NCBI GenBank assembly: GCA_944390645.1
Contig: CALXRE010000054.1
Coordinates: 1 to 37,308 of the forward strand
DNA length: 37,308 nt
Direction: 5' to 3'
Source of the DNA: an uncultured Alphaproteobacteria bacterium
Lineage (GTDB): Bacteria > Pseudomonadota > Alphaproteobacteria > CACZRW01
The notes beneath the pieces were generated by a model. The model did no database searches. It saw nothing but the letters and a program-made list of their open reading frames with translations, and was not told the DNA's origin. Every line of letters begins with the position of its first letter. Position 1 is the first letter of the stretch. Both the position numbers and the translations under genes were made by a program. This document shows, one piece after another, positions 16,578 to 25,888 of this stretch.

Positions 16578-17390
16578 ATGATGCAAAATCGAACTGAAAA
16601 AAATTTTTCTGCTATTATACCTTCAAATAAACGTATCTGGGCTATTGGTGCCGTTTATGGCGATGCTTCTCGTCTATCTATTCTCCATCAAACCATTATC
16701 TCTCTTTATAATCCAAACGATATTATTCTTTATCTAGGAAATCTTATGGGTTACGGTCCAGATGTCGGTGGTGTTCTTGATGAAGTTTTCTGTTTCCGAA
16801 AAATATTAATTGAAAAAATGGGAACTAAACCTCAAGACATCATTTACTTACGTGGACAACAAGAAGAAATGTGGCGGAAACTCCTAACTTTACAATTTGC
16901 TCATAAACCAGAAAATGTATACCCTTGGATGCTAGATCATGGTGTGGGCGCAACTATCGCTGCTTACGGTCTTGATCCAGAAGAAGGTAAAATTATTGTT
17001 AGTCGTGGTTCTGTCGCCATCTCTCGCTGGACTGGAGAACTACGTAATCTACAAAATGATAGTCATGGACATACCGAAATCCTTAACTCCTTAAAACATG
17101 CTGCTTTAACCGATGATGGAAAAGTACTCTTCACTAGTTGGAGTATAAATCCTTCTATTCCTTTTGCTTCCCAAGGAGATGTTTTATGGTGGGGGTCTTC
17201 TGTCCCTATAAATCCTGAGCGACCTTATGAAAAATTCTCCCTCGTCGTAAGAGGGGAAAGTAATCCTAAAAACTATGGAGTACATCTTTATCCTTATTTC
17301 CTTCATATAAACTCTGCTGGAGGGCGTGGGGGACCTCTTCTCTCTGTAATCCTCGAAGATAAAAAACCTGTCAAAATCGTTGAACTTTAA
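16578..17390 (+). CDS. Metallophosphoesterase (PPP/ApaH-like) fold protein lacking the canonical metal ligands
   Basis: Collinear with PrpA/ApaH-type motifs, but they read GAVYG (GDxHG), GNLMGYG (GDxxDRG) and RGQQE (GNHE). Confidence 0.55.
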   Translation: MMQNRTEKNFSAIIPSNKRIWAIGAVYGDASRLSILHQTIISLYNPNDIILYLGNLMGYGPDVGGVLDEVFCFRKILIEKMGTKPQDIIYLRGQQEEMWRKLLTLQFAHKPENVYPWMLDHGVGATIAAYGLDPEEGKIIVSRGSVAISRWTGELRNLQNDSHGHTEILNSLKHAALTDDGKVLFTSWSINPSIPFASQGDVLWWGSSVPINPERPYEKFSLVVRGESNPKNYGVHLYPYFLHINSAGGRGGPLLSVILEDKKPVKIVEL

Positions 17391-17454
17391 TTTTGTTACT
17401 TTTATTTACTTATGTTTTGCAATATCATATACCTTATAAAAAAGGAGCTAACTT

Positions 17455-17835
17455 ATGATTATTCAAGAAAAACAATATGTTGTAATGACCGACAAAGAAA
17501 ACCGCGTAATTATTTGTATCTCTCAAAAAGATTTAGAACCTGAGCAACCTATGATTCTTTATGATGGTGGTCCTCATGCTATGTTCTATCGAAGAAGAGG
17601 ACAAACTGTAATGCTCGATTACATTAATCAAGAAATGCAAAAAAAAGTCTATGAGGCTAATCAAGTCATAATCGTTGAACTTAAAAATCCTAAAGAAGCT
17701 ACTAGAACTTATCTTGTCCCTGTTAAAAAAGTCCAAAAGCTTCCTATGGACAATATTGATTTAATAACTCCTGAAGATATTATTGATGAAATGAAAAAAA
17801 CGGGCAAAAAACCTGAAGAGCTTTTTAAAGATTAA
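17455..17835 (+). CDS. Hypothetical protein (126 aa)
   Basis: Strong SD (AAGGAG, 7 nt before the ATG), plus-strand-typical codons and a terminator directly downstream. I recognise no family. Confidence 0.6.
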   Translation: MIIQEKQYVVMTDKENRVIICISQKDLEPEQPMILYDGGPHAMFYRRRGQTVMLDYINQEMQKKVYEANQVIIVELKNPKEATRTYLVPVKKVQKLPMDNIDLITPEDIIDEMKKTGKKPEELFKD

Positions 17836-17852
17836 AACTCATATCTTTTAAT

Positions 17853-17878
17853 AAAACGTCGTATTTTTACGACGTTTT
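17853..17878. terminator. Bidirectional rho-independent terminator between convergent genes
   Basis: AAAACGTCGTA (17853-17863) pairs with TACGACGTTTT (17868-17878): a perfect 11-bp stem with a 4-nt loop. The A-tract and T-tract arms serve both strands. Confidence 0.8.
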
Positions 17879-17879
17879 A

Positions 17880-19745
17880 TTATTGCCTAATAATACAATC
17901 TTTTGCTTCTGGTAGCTTCTTACATAGTTGCTTAAGCTCTTCTTTCTCTCCTTTTATAAAAACTCTATTAACTGGCTTTCCTTCTATATTCGCTTCTCTA
18001 TATTCAACCTGATATTTCGTTAAAAAAGGATACTTTATTTGTATATTAGACCAATAATTCTTTGCACTATCAATATCCTTAAACGATCCTATTTGTAAAA
18101 GATCTCTTCCTTGCTCGGAAACATTAGAAACCTTTGAACTTGTCTTATTATCACTCGAAAGTTCTTTTTCTAACGCTTTCCCTGCTACTTCTTGCTTATC
18201 TTTATCTGCCTCTACCTTCTTTTCCTTAAGAAGCTTTTCTTCTTCTTTTACTATACTATCTAACCAATCACCTTTTGCCCACTTATCTTCTTCTCTACCC
18301 ATAGGCATTGAAGAATTAGCTTCTATCTTTACCGATGGTTTTACATATTCTTTCTTTGTAACTTGTTTTATATTACTTGGATTAACTCCTCGTTCATTTA
18401 GTAAACCATTCAAAACCTCTTTATGAATGTTTATCATCGTATCTGTAGTATCTATATTCTTGATAAAGTCCAATCCCGAAGCTAAATTTAATCCACTTTC
18501 TGCTGCTTTTAATTCCGCAAAAGCAAAATCTCTCTTTAAATCTCCTATAACCTTGTTTGCTATACTCATAACTAATTCTGAACGAGAAATAGCTCCTTTC
18601 TTTTCTTTCTCTACTGCTTTTTCCCACTCTTGTTTATACTTAGATTGTAATGACGAAGCTATATCCATCGCTTCCGATGCTTCTTTTATCCTACGATACG
18701 CTACATTAACCTCTGATAAAATCCCCATGTTTATCGCTGTTCTTTTCTTCCTCTCCATTCCTAAATCTGTATCTGAAGATAACCTCTGCGTTGGAATGCT
18801 TATTATATTAAAGGCAACCTCTGTAACTTCTTCTTCATAATCACTTGGATATTTACCTTCAGGATTATATCGCAAATTGTTACCTAAATTAATCTTCGGA
18901 AAAAGCTTAGATGAAGCCTTACGAACCTCTGAGGAATTCATTTTAACATTATAATCTCCAATCAATGTCTCTGGTCTATTAATTAATGCTTGATTCTCAA
19001 CCAAACTTAATTCTGGAATGAAAAAAGCTGGAAACTTATTCATATCCTCTGGTAATTTTAATCTTACTTCATCTACTGGTATGTGCGTAAGTAACGAAAA
19101 ATCTAACTCTGATGCCGCCATCTCTTGCTTGAACGCCATTAACTCTTCCATCAAAGCGTGGATTTCTTTTTGATACTTTAATGACTCTATAGAAAGATTA
19201 ATCTTATCTTCTGCTTTTGCTGCCTCCAAAAGCTCAAAACGCAAAAGCTCTATTAAATGATCTACTGCTTCTTTATTCTTCTGAGAAACTGCTGCTCGCC
19301 AAAAAGCTGTCTTTGTCTCATGAATAAGATTCTGTAAAGTCCTATGTTTTAATCGATCTGATATCTTATCTATATCTTCTTCATTAGAAAAAAATGTATA
19401 ATTTATCGCATAATCTAATAAATTATAACTTATTGATAAATCTATATCTTCTTCCCCTATACTTGGTATGTTGCGCTTACTACTCCTCATCGGATATCCA
19501 GAAGAAGCGGTAAGAGATGGTAACATACTCTTATTTAGCTCCTTAGACTTCTTTACCATTGTATTTGCTGTGGATTTACTGCGATTGTCAGAATTAAATT
19601 TTATCGCTCTTGTTATAGATTCGCTAATACTTATTCCTTCTTCTTCTGTCGTTGTAGAAATACTCTCTGTCTCGGTCGAACAGCTAGAAAATCCTAAAAC
19701 AACACTTATACTTAATCCAAGTATTCGCAGTATGCTTTTGCTCAT
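17880..19745 (-). CDS. TolC-family outer-membrane efflux lipoprotein with C-terminal SPOR domain
   Basis: Lipobox LGFSSC after a signal peptide. The OEP-type N-terminal block is ITRAIKFNSDNRS...LPSLTASSGY with long coiled helices. A KE-rich linker leads to a SPOR-like tail LLQIGSFKDIDSAKNYW...NRVFIKGEKEELKQLCKKLPEAKDCII. Confidence 0.65.
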   Translation of the reverse strand: MSKSILRILGLSISVVLGFSSCSTETESISTTTEEEGISISESITRAIKFNSDNRSKSTANTMVKKSKELNKSMLPSLTASSGYPMRSSKRNIPSIGEEDIDLSISYNLLDYAINYTFFSNEEDIDKISDRLKHRTLQNLIHETKTAFWRAAVSQKNKEAVDHLIELLRFELLEAAKAEDKINLSIESLKYQKEIHALMEELMAFKQEMAASELDFSLLTHIPVDEVRLKLPEDMNKFPAFFIPELSLVENQALINRPETLIGDYNVKMNSSEVRKASSKLFPKINLGNNLRYNPEGKYPSDYEEEVTEVAFNIISIPTQRLSSDTDLGMERKKRTAINMGILSEVNVAYRRIKEASEAMDIASSLQSKYKQEWEKAVEKEKKGAISRSELVMSIANKVIGDLKRDFAFAELKAAESGLNLASGLDFIKNIDTTDTMINIHKEVLNGLLNERGVNPSNIKQVTKKEYVKPSVKIEANSSMPMGREEDKWAKGDWLDSIVKEEEKLLKEKKVEADKDKQEVAGKALEKELSSDNKTSSKVSNVSEQGRDLLQIGSFKDIDSAKNYWSNIQIKYPFLTKYQVEYREANIEGKPVNRVFIKGEKEELKQLCKKLPEAKDCIIRQ

Positions 19746-19824
19746 ATCTTAAACCCTCCAAAAACCTCGGAAAACTATATAAGGGTTACTCTGCCTTTGC
19801 AAGAAAACATTTCTTAACATAAAA

Positions 19825-21141
19825 CTATTCTTTACTAAAACTTATTGGATTAAAAGAAGGTATATTCCTTGTCGTATTCGCTAAAATCTCTCCTAAAAGA
19901 TATAGTGAACCACAAATCAAAATCCTACCTCCTTCTAAATTCATTGACATTATATCTTTAACTGCTTCTTTAACATTTAATGAAACTCTAACCTCTTTCA
20001 TCCCTGATGCCTTTGCTATCTCTCCTAATGCCTCCCCTGAATAGCCTATATGCTCGCTCGATTTTATAGAAACTGTATGTATACTCCTTGCAAATGGTGA
20101 TAACTTATTCATAAAAACATTCGCTTCTTTGCTCGTAAGCATACCACAAATAAGATGTAATCCTTTATCCCCCCAAAAAGGAAGAAAATCCTTTAGTGCC
20201 TCTGCTCCTCCTTCATTATGAGCTCCATCAAGCCAGATCTCCCAACCCCTTTCTGCTATTAACTCAAAAAGTTCTCCTCTTTGTAATAACTCTAAACGAC
20301 ATGGCCAAATAGCCGTCGCTAAACCTTGCCTTATACTCTTATCGCAAAAATGTAAAACCTTTGATGCACAAGTAATCGCTAAACCTGCATTCCTATATTG
20401 ATGTCTACCTATTAATGATGGTCGAGAATAATAATCACTATTATAAAAAAATCCTTCTTCTCCCTCCTTAATCTCCCAATCTATATCTTCCATCAATAAT
20501 CTGCTTCCTATCTTGCTCGCATAATCTACAAAAACTTCGTTAACTGTTCCCCTGGCTCTGGCCGTAATCCCTATACTTCCTCGCTTTAATATACAGATCT
20601 TCTCTCTCGCTATGGCTTCTAATGTCTCCCCTAAATACTGCATGTGATCCCTAGAAATAGACGTAATTATAGAAGCTAGTGGTCGAGATACTACATTCGT
20701 TGCATCTAATCTTCCTCCTAACCCTGTCTCTAAAAGTAATAAATCTCCTGAAATACGTGAAAAACCTAAAAAAGATGCCGCCGTTATTAATTCAAAAAAA
20801 CTTACTCCTTCACTTTGCTTTAAACTTCCAACTTCCTTTAAAAGATCACAAAAATATTCTTCGCTTATCATCTCGCTAGCTAAAGTTATCCTCTCCCTAT
20901 AGCTGACTAAATGTGGAGATGTATATGTGTGAACCTTTAATCCTTCTACTTCCGCCATGGCCCGCAAAAAAGCTATAACAGAACCCTTACCGTTAGTACC
21001 TGCTACATGAATTGTTGGAGGAAGTTTCTCTTCTGGATGTCCTAATGCCGATAATAAATTCTCTATCCTCGATAAACCAAGATTTACTCCTCCTGCATGC
21101 TTAGACGATAAAGATATAATAATATCTTCTAAACTTTGCAA
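19825..21141 (-). CDS. folC: Bifunctional folylpolyglutamate synthase / dihydrofolate synthase
   Basis: HVAGTNGKGS P-loop and a Mur-ligase-like layout. The gene lies immediately downstream of accD, as in many bacteria. Confidence 0.9.
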   Translation of the reverse strand: MQSLEDIIISLSSKHAGGVNLGLSRIENLLSALGHPEEKLPPTIHVAGTNGKGSVIAFLRAMAEVEGLKVHTYTSPHLVSYRERITLASEMISEEYFCDLLKEVGSLKQSEGVSFFELITAASFLGFSRISGDLLLLETGLGGRLDATNVVSRPLASIITSISRDHMQYLGETLEAIAREKICILKRGSIGITARARGTVNEVFVDYASKIGSRLLMEDIDWEIKEGEEGFFYNSDYYSRPSLIGRHQYRNAGLAITCASKVLHFCDKSIRQGLATAIWPCRLELLQRGELFELIAERGWEIWLDGAHNEGGAEALKDFLPFWGDKGLHLICGMLTSKEANVFMNKLSPFARSIHTVSIKSSEHIGYSGEALGEIAKASGMKEVRVSLNVKEAVKDIMSMNLEGGRILICGSLYLLGEILANTTRNIPSFNPISFSKE

Positions 21142-21147
21142 TTGTAA

Positions 21148-22041
21148 CTATTCCCGCCCTTCATAAACCGCCATCTCAACTAAATCTCCTGAAGGTTGCT
21201 TGTTTATTAAAAGACTTATTACCTTTATTAGCTCCGAACGAAGTTGTTTACGTGGAATAACCATATCTATCATTCCATGCTCTAATAAATATTCCGATTC
21301 TTGAAATCCTTTCGGTAAACTCTCTCTAATAGTCTGCTCTATAACTCTAGCTCCTGCAAAACCTATTGTCGCCCTTGGCTCTGCTATCGCTATGTCACTA
21401 AGCATCGCAAAAGATGCTGTAACACCTCCTGTCGTTGGATCCGTAAGCAAAACTATGTATGGAAGCCCTTTCTCTTTTAATCGCTTAACTGCTAACGTCG
21501 TACGAGCCATTTGCATTAACGAAAGCATTCCTTCTTGCATTCTCGCTCCGCCTGAAGAGGTAACTAAAATTAATGGAGCCTCTTGTAATATCGCAAGTTC
21601 TGCTGCTGAAATAACAGCTTCTCCTACTGCCATTCCCATAGAACCGCCCATAAATGAAAAATCTATTACGCCTATAACCGCTGGAACACCTCCTAATGTC
21701 CCATGCGCTACCATCATTGCATCCTTATATCCTGTCTTCTTCCTATATTCTTTTAACCTATCTGTATATTTCTTTATATCTGAAAAACTTAATGGATCAT
21801 CTCTAACTTCAGGAAGATTTATAATTGTATATCCTTTATCAAATAATAAATCTAAACGATCCTTAGATTTCATGCGAAAATGATGTGAACATTTTGGACA
21901 CACTTGAAAATTTTGCTCTAATTCTTTGTGAAATATCATATCTCCACAAACTGGGCACTTAGTCCAAAAATTATCTGGAACTTCCCTAGGCTTAACCAGA
22001 TTCCTTATCTTCGGTCGAACATAATTCGTTAGCCAACTCAT
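21148..22041 (-). CDS. accD: Acetyl-CoA carboxylase carboxyltransferase subunit beta
   Basis: N-terminal Zn ribbon [29 protein letters not shown] and a GGSMG / GGARMQEG carboxyltransferase core. Confidence 0.95.
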   Translation of the reverse strand: MSWLTNYVRPKIRNLVKPREVPDNFWTKCPVCGDMIFHKELEQNFQVCPKCSHHFRMKSKDRLDLLFDKGYTIINLPEVRDDPLSFSDIKKYTDRLKEYRKKTGYKDAMMVAHGTLGGVPAVIGVIDFSFMGGSMGMAVGEAVISAAELAILQEAPLILVTSSGGARMQEGMLSLMQMARTTLAVKRLKEKGLPYIVLLTDPTTGGVTASFAMLSDIAIAEPRATIGFAGARVIEQTIRESLPKGFQESEYLLEHGMIDMVIPRKQLRSELIKVISLLINKQPSGDLVEMAVYEGRE

Positions 22042-22084
22042 AATTACTTCTTATCCTTTTCAAGAAAACAATTCGTTTTAAATA

Positions 22085-22378
22085 TTACTTAAGCTGCTTC
22101 TCTAATGCTTGTATTTGCTTGCTCTTTCTATATCTATCAATCCTTATACTTATATCAGAAAACCAAACAAATAACCCTCCACATATAAATGAAAAAATCC
22201 CTGTAAGCAAAACTAATATGTATAATGGAACTTGTGCATAAAAAGAAAAAGGCCATAAAAAAACTTCTGCCAATGCATGATTCGATATCGAAAAAAATGT
22301 TAGGCAAAAAATAAAAAATATCCCTATAAAAACAGAAAATGTCTTCATAAAAAACTTTCTTCTACTTACCAGTCTCAT
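22085..22378 (-). CDS. LapA/DUF1049-family inner-membrane protein
   Basis: Two TM helices and a basic coiled tail ([19 protein letters not shown]). It follows ihfB, as is typical in alphaproteobacteria. An alternative start at 22348 would remove the 17-nt overlap with ihfB. Confidence 0.65.
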   Translation of the reverse strand: MRLVSRRKFFMKTFSVFIGIFFIFCLTFFSISNHALAEVFLWPFSFYAQVPLYILVLLTGIFSFICGGLFVWFSDISIRIDRYRKSKQIQALEKQLK

Positions 22379-22649
22379 TCAATCTTGTTTTTAAACGCTT
22401 ACCTGCCTTAAAAAACGGTATCGTCTTCGGCTCTACACTCACGGTTTTCCCTGTCCTCGGATTCCTTCCTACTCTCGCTTCTCTATGACGGACAGAAAAA
22501 GCTCCAAAACCTCTAAGCTCAACCCGTCCTCCTGCTTGCAATGCTAATGATATTTCATTAAATACTGTGTTAACTAAACGTTCTACATCCGAAGTCAAAA
22601 GATGCGGATTAAGAGAAACTAAGCGTGATATAAGCTCTGACTTCGTCAT
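22362..22649 (-). CDS. ihfB: Integration host factor subunit beta
   Basis: [10 protein letters not shown]...[25 protein letters not shown]...[15 protein letters not shown] lies 6 nt upstream of the ATG at 22649, so the ORF-track start at 22679 is probably too long. Confidence 0.92.
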   Translation of the reverse strand: MTKSELISRLVSLNPHLLTSDVERLVNTVFNEISLALQAGGRVELRGFGAFSVRHREARVGRNPRTGKTVSVEPKTIPFFKAGKRLKTRLNETGK

Positions 22650-22748
22650 TTCAAACCTCTTCATTGCAAAAATATTCACGCTATCATGCCTTAAACCTTC
22701 CTGATAGTCAACAAACCTTAAATAAATAATCTTACTTCTCTCAAATCT

Positions 22749-23333
22749 TTAATCTATCATAACTACTTTTAAAAATTTCTCCTGCAGACTTAATATGTTA
22801 TCTTTGTCTAATTTACTGCCTTTTATTATAAGCTCTTTTGTATCCTCTAGTGCTGCTCTGAAAAAACAAATTTCTTTAAGCCCTCCTTCACTCTCTATAA
22901 CAAGTGAGGAACCTAACCTACTTAAACTCAAATCTAATCTGTTAATACTTTTGCCTAATATTATTCTCTTCGTCCGCTTTAAATCACAACAAAAAAAACT
23001 TAAGCTGTTTAGTCTATCTAAACTAAGCTTTATTTCTTCTGAAAAAACTCCAAACTGTATCTTTAATTTCTCTAATGTTACTGGAAATTTAAATTTTATT
23101 TCTTCTTCATAAATACTCGAAAAATCTAAATCCTTTAAACGTGTCTGAAATAAATCTAAAAAAGGTATACCATCTAAATCCCGTGGAAGCTCTGCTTCAT
23201 AAAGACGAAGACTGCTTACCCAATAAGGAAATGATTCTCCAAAATCTCCTGCTATTTTTAAGCCCTTTAACTCAAGATTGTCATATTTTACTAAAGAACC
23301 ACTCGCATATTCTTTATTCGTAGCAATAGACAT
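22749..23333 (-). CDS. Hypothetical leucine-rich protein (weak LRR-like periodicity)
   Basis: 194-aa ORF with GGAG 8 nt upstream of the ATG. It has repeated LxxLxL-type segments (LNSLSFFCCDL, INRLDLSLSRL, LKEICFFRAAL). I recognise no family. Confidence 0.5.
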   Translation of the reverse strand: MSIATNKEYASGSLVKYDNLELKGLKIAGDFGESFPYWVSSLRLYEAELPRDLDGIPFLDLFQTRLKDLDFSSIYEEEIKFKFPVTLEKLKIQFGVFSEEIKLSLDRLNSLSFFCCDLKRTKRIILGKSINRLDLSLSRLGSSLVIESEGGLKEICFFRAALEDTKELIIKGSKLDKDNILSLQEKFLKVVMID

Positions 23334-23367
23334 TATTCTAACTCCATTATTCTAAATAAATACTAAT

Positions 23368-23540
23368 GTCGAAAAGAAGTTTCTTCAACGACTGGGAGTT
23401 AGCAATCCGCACGTCTTCGGTGCAAGGTATTTACCCTGATAATAGGTTTATTTCCCTGCCTCCCAGCCCGTAAAGCCAGTTGGTTAGAAAATAGGCGCGA
23501 GGGTTTGCTAAATCCCACTTCTGCTCTTCTTCGCAAAAGC
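23368..23540 (-). ncRNA. Unassigned structured RNA candidate (free sRNA such as 6S-like, or 5' leader of the 194-aa ORF); orientation tentative
   Basis: About 50% G+C island in otherwise very AT-rich intergenic DNA. Long-range helix 23393-23405 / 23505-23517 (12 of 13 positions pair). Local hairpins at 23409-23423 and 23423-23438. See finding. Confidence 0.45.
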
Positions 23541-23647
23541 ATTGTAATTTTATAAATTCTTTTATAAAAAACAACTCTTTTTCTTGATTGTTTTAAACTT
23601 AACGTGTACTTTCCAAATGATCTATCTCCTTAAAAATAGGGTATAAA

Positions 23648-25873
23648 ATGCATAAAGCAGAATCTGAACCACAAATATTTTATACAAAACTAGCTGACGC
23701 TTTGAGTGAACGATATCTAGCCTATGCTATGTCAACTATTGTTTCTCGATCTTTACCTGATGTCAGAGATGGATTAAAACCTGTACATAGAAGATTACTT
23801 TTCGCTATGCGAGAATTAGGTCTTAACCCTTCTTCGGGATTTAAAAAATGTGCTAGGGTCGTCGGTGATGTAATCGGTAAATATCATCCTCATGGGGATG
23901 TCGCTGTATACGAAACTATGGTACGATTGGCTCAAAGCTTCGCTGTCAGATATCCTTTGGTTGAAGGACAAGGAAACTTTGGAAATGTCGATGGAGATAG
24001 AGCTGCAGCTATGCGATATACCGGAGCTCGTCTTACTCCTGCTGCCATGGCTCTAATGGACGGCATAGATGACAATGCGGTAGATCTTAGACCTACTTAC
24101 TCCGGAGATGATGATGAACCCGTGGTAATGCCTGCTGCTTTCCCTAACCTATTAGCAAACGGTACCTCTGGTATAGCCGTAGGAATGGCAACAAATATCC
24201 CTCCTCATAACTTAGAAGAAATCTGTAACGCTTTATTATATTTAATAAAAAAACCTGAAGCTTCTGTTCAAGACTTGATTGCCTTTATTCCTGCTCCTGA
24301 TTTCCCCACTGGTGGAGTAATCGTAGAAACTAAGGCTAACCTCTTAAAAGCTTACCAAACCGGAAAAGGAGCTATTCGATTACGCGCAAAATGGCAAAAA
24401 GAAGATCTATCTCATGGACAATACCAAATCGTAATAACTGAAATACCTTACCAAGTCCAAAAGTCTGAATTAATAGCTAAAATCGCAAAATTAATCTTAG
24501 ATAAAAAATTACCTTTAATCTCTGATATCCGTGATGAATCAGATGAAAATGTACGAATTGTTATAGAACCAAAATCTCGTACGGTAGAACCAGAACAATT
24601 AATGGAGTTATTATTCAGACAAACTGAATTACAAATAAATTTCTCCTTAAATATGAATGTCCTTGATGCTATGGGCGTCCCTAAAGTGATGAATCTTAAA
24701 GAAGTATTACAGGCATTCTTAGAACATAGACAAAATGTCTTAATTAGACGCTCTACTTTCAAAAAAAATAAAATCGAAAATCGCTTGGAAGTATTAGATG
24801 GCTTCTTAATCGCTTTCTTAAACCTCGATCGCGTAATTGAAATAATCAGAAATGAAGATGAACCTAAAAATATCCTAATGACTGAATTTAAAATATCTGA
24901 AATCCAAGCTGAAGCTATCTTAAATATGCGTCTACGTTCTTTAAGAAAATTAGAAGAAAATCAAATTAATGCTGAACATAATAAATTAGCTCAAGAATTA
25001 CTTGAACTGCAAAACTTATTAGCAGATGAAAAAATACGTTGGAAAACTATCTCTGCTGAAATTTCTGAAATAAAACTTAAATTCGGAAGTAAAACTATTA
25101 TCGGTAAGCGTAAATCTTTAATTGCTGATGCTCCAACCCCTATTGATGTCCCTATAGATGTATTAGTAGAAAAAGAACCTATAACTATCCTTCTTTCTGA
25201 TAAAGGATGGATAAGAGCTTTAAGAGGACATGATGGATCCCCTGAAGAATATAAATTTAAAGACGGAGACTCTTTACGATTAGAGCTTAAAGCTTATACT
25301 ACTGATAAAATTTTATTCTTTGCTGAAAATGGTCGTTTCTATACTGTTACAGGAGATAAATTCCCTAAAGGAAGAGGCTTCGGAGAACCTGTGCGCTTAT
25401 TTATAGACTTACCTGAAGATACTGATATTGTTCAAATGCTCGTATACTCTCCTGGACAAAAGCTATTAGTTGCTTCATCAACAGGAAAAGGCTTCATCGT
25501 TAATGAAGATGATGTACTTGCTCAAACTCGTAACGGTAAAATCGTTTTAAATCTTGCTGATAATGATCTTGGAAAATTCTGTATCCTTGTTAACGGAAAT
25601 ACCGTAGCTATTATTGGTCAAAACCGAAGAATGTTAATGTTTAAAATATCCGAAATACCTCAAATGTCTCGCGGAAAAGGCGTTATCTTACAACGATACC
25701 AAGGTGCTAAAACTTCTGATATCAAAATATTTAATGCAGAGGACGGTCTTTCTTATCCTTCTGCAGGTGGAATTAGAGTAGAAAGAAATCTTATCGGTTG
25801 GTTAGGAAAAAGAGCTTCTGTCGGAAAATTACCTCCTGTTGGCTTCCCTAGAACTAATAAATTTAGTAAATAA
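23648..25873 (+). CDS. parC: DNA topoisomerase IV subunit A
   Basis: [36 protein letters not shown] and [11 protein letters not shown] (catalytic Tyr). The 741-aa length fits alphaproteobacterial ParC rather than GyrA. Confidence 0.88.
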   Translation: MHKAESEPQIFYTKLADALSERYLAYAMSTIVSRSLPDVRDGLKPVHRRLLFAMRELGLNPSSGFKKCARVVGDVIGKYHPHGDVAVYETMVRLAQSFAVRYPLVEGQGNFGNVDGDRAAAMRYTGARLTPAAMALMDGIDDNAVDLRPTYSGDDDEPVVMPAAFPNLLANGTSGIAVGMATNIPPHNLEEICNALLYLIKKPEASVQDLIAFIPAPDFPTGGVIVETKANLLKAYQTGKGAIRLRAKWQKEDLSHGQYQIVITEIPYQVQKSELIAKIAKLILDKKLPLISDIRDESDENVRIVIEPKSRTVEPEQLMELLFRQTELQINFSLNMNVLDAMGVPKVMNLKEVLQAFLEHRQNVLIRRSTFKKNKIENRLEVLDGFLIAFLNLDRVIEIIRNEDEPKNILMTEFKISEIQAEAILNMRLRSLRKLEENQINAEHNKLAQELLELQNLLADEKIRWKTISAEISEIKLKFGSKTIIGKRKSLIADAPTPIDVPIDVLVEKEPITILLSDKGWIRALRGHDGSPEEYKFKDGDSLRLELKAYTTDKILFFAENGRFYTVTGDKFPKGRGFGEPVRLFIDLPEDTDIVQMLVYSPGQKLLVASSTGKGFIVNEDDVLAQTRNGKIVLNLADNDLGKFCILVNGNTVAIIGQNRRMLMFKISEIPQMSRGKGVILQRYQGAKTSDIKIFNAEDGLSYPSAGGIRVERNLIGWLGKRASVGKLPPVGFPRTNKFSK

Positions 25874-25888
25874 TTATATCTCTTTAGC

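Noticed and set aside
21392-21883. Long antisense ORFs inside real genes: 163 aa opposite accD, plus 18427-18840, 35951-36325, 34414-34755, 24448-24762, 22795-23112, 11489-11740 and others
   Set aside because: Each lies entirely inside a gene with strong homology on the other strand. Their products are low-complexity (S/L/I/F-rich). They are the expected shadow ORFs of strongly skewed codon usage, which depletes stops on the antisense frame.
23368-23540. Identity of the GC-rich element as SRP (4.5S) RNA, two-piece tmRNA, RNase P RNA or a hammerhead ribozyme
   Set aside because: A GGGA tetraloop hairpin (minus strand) superficially resembles SRP helix 8, but the flanking loops read ACGG/AGGG instead of the near-invariant CAGG/AGCA. 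There is no tag reading frame or T-arm for tmRNA. The element is far too short for RNase P and lacks GAGGAAAGUCC. CUGAUAA...GAAA is a near-miss to the hammerhead core, but it lacks the essential G and a stem II.
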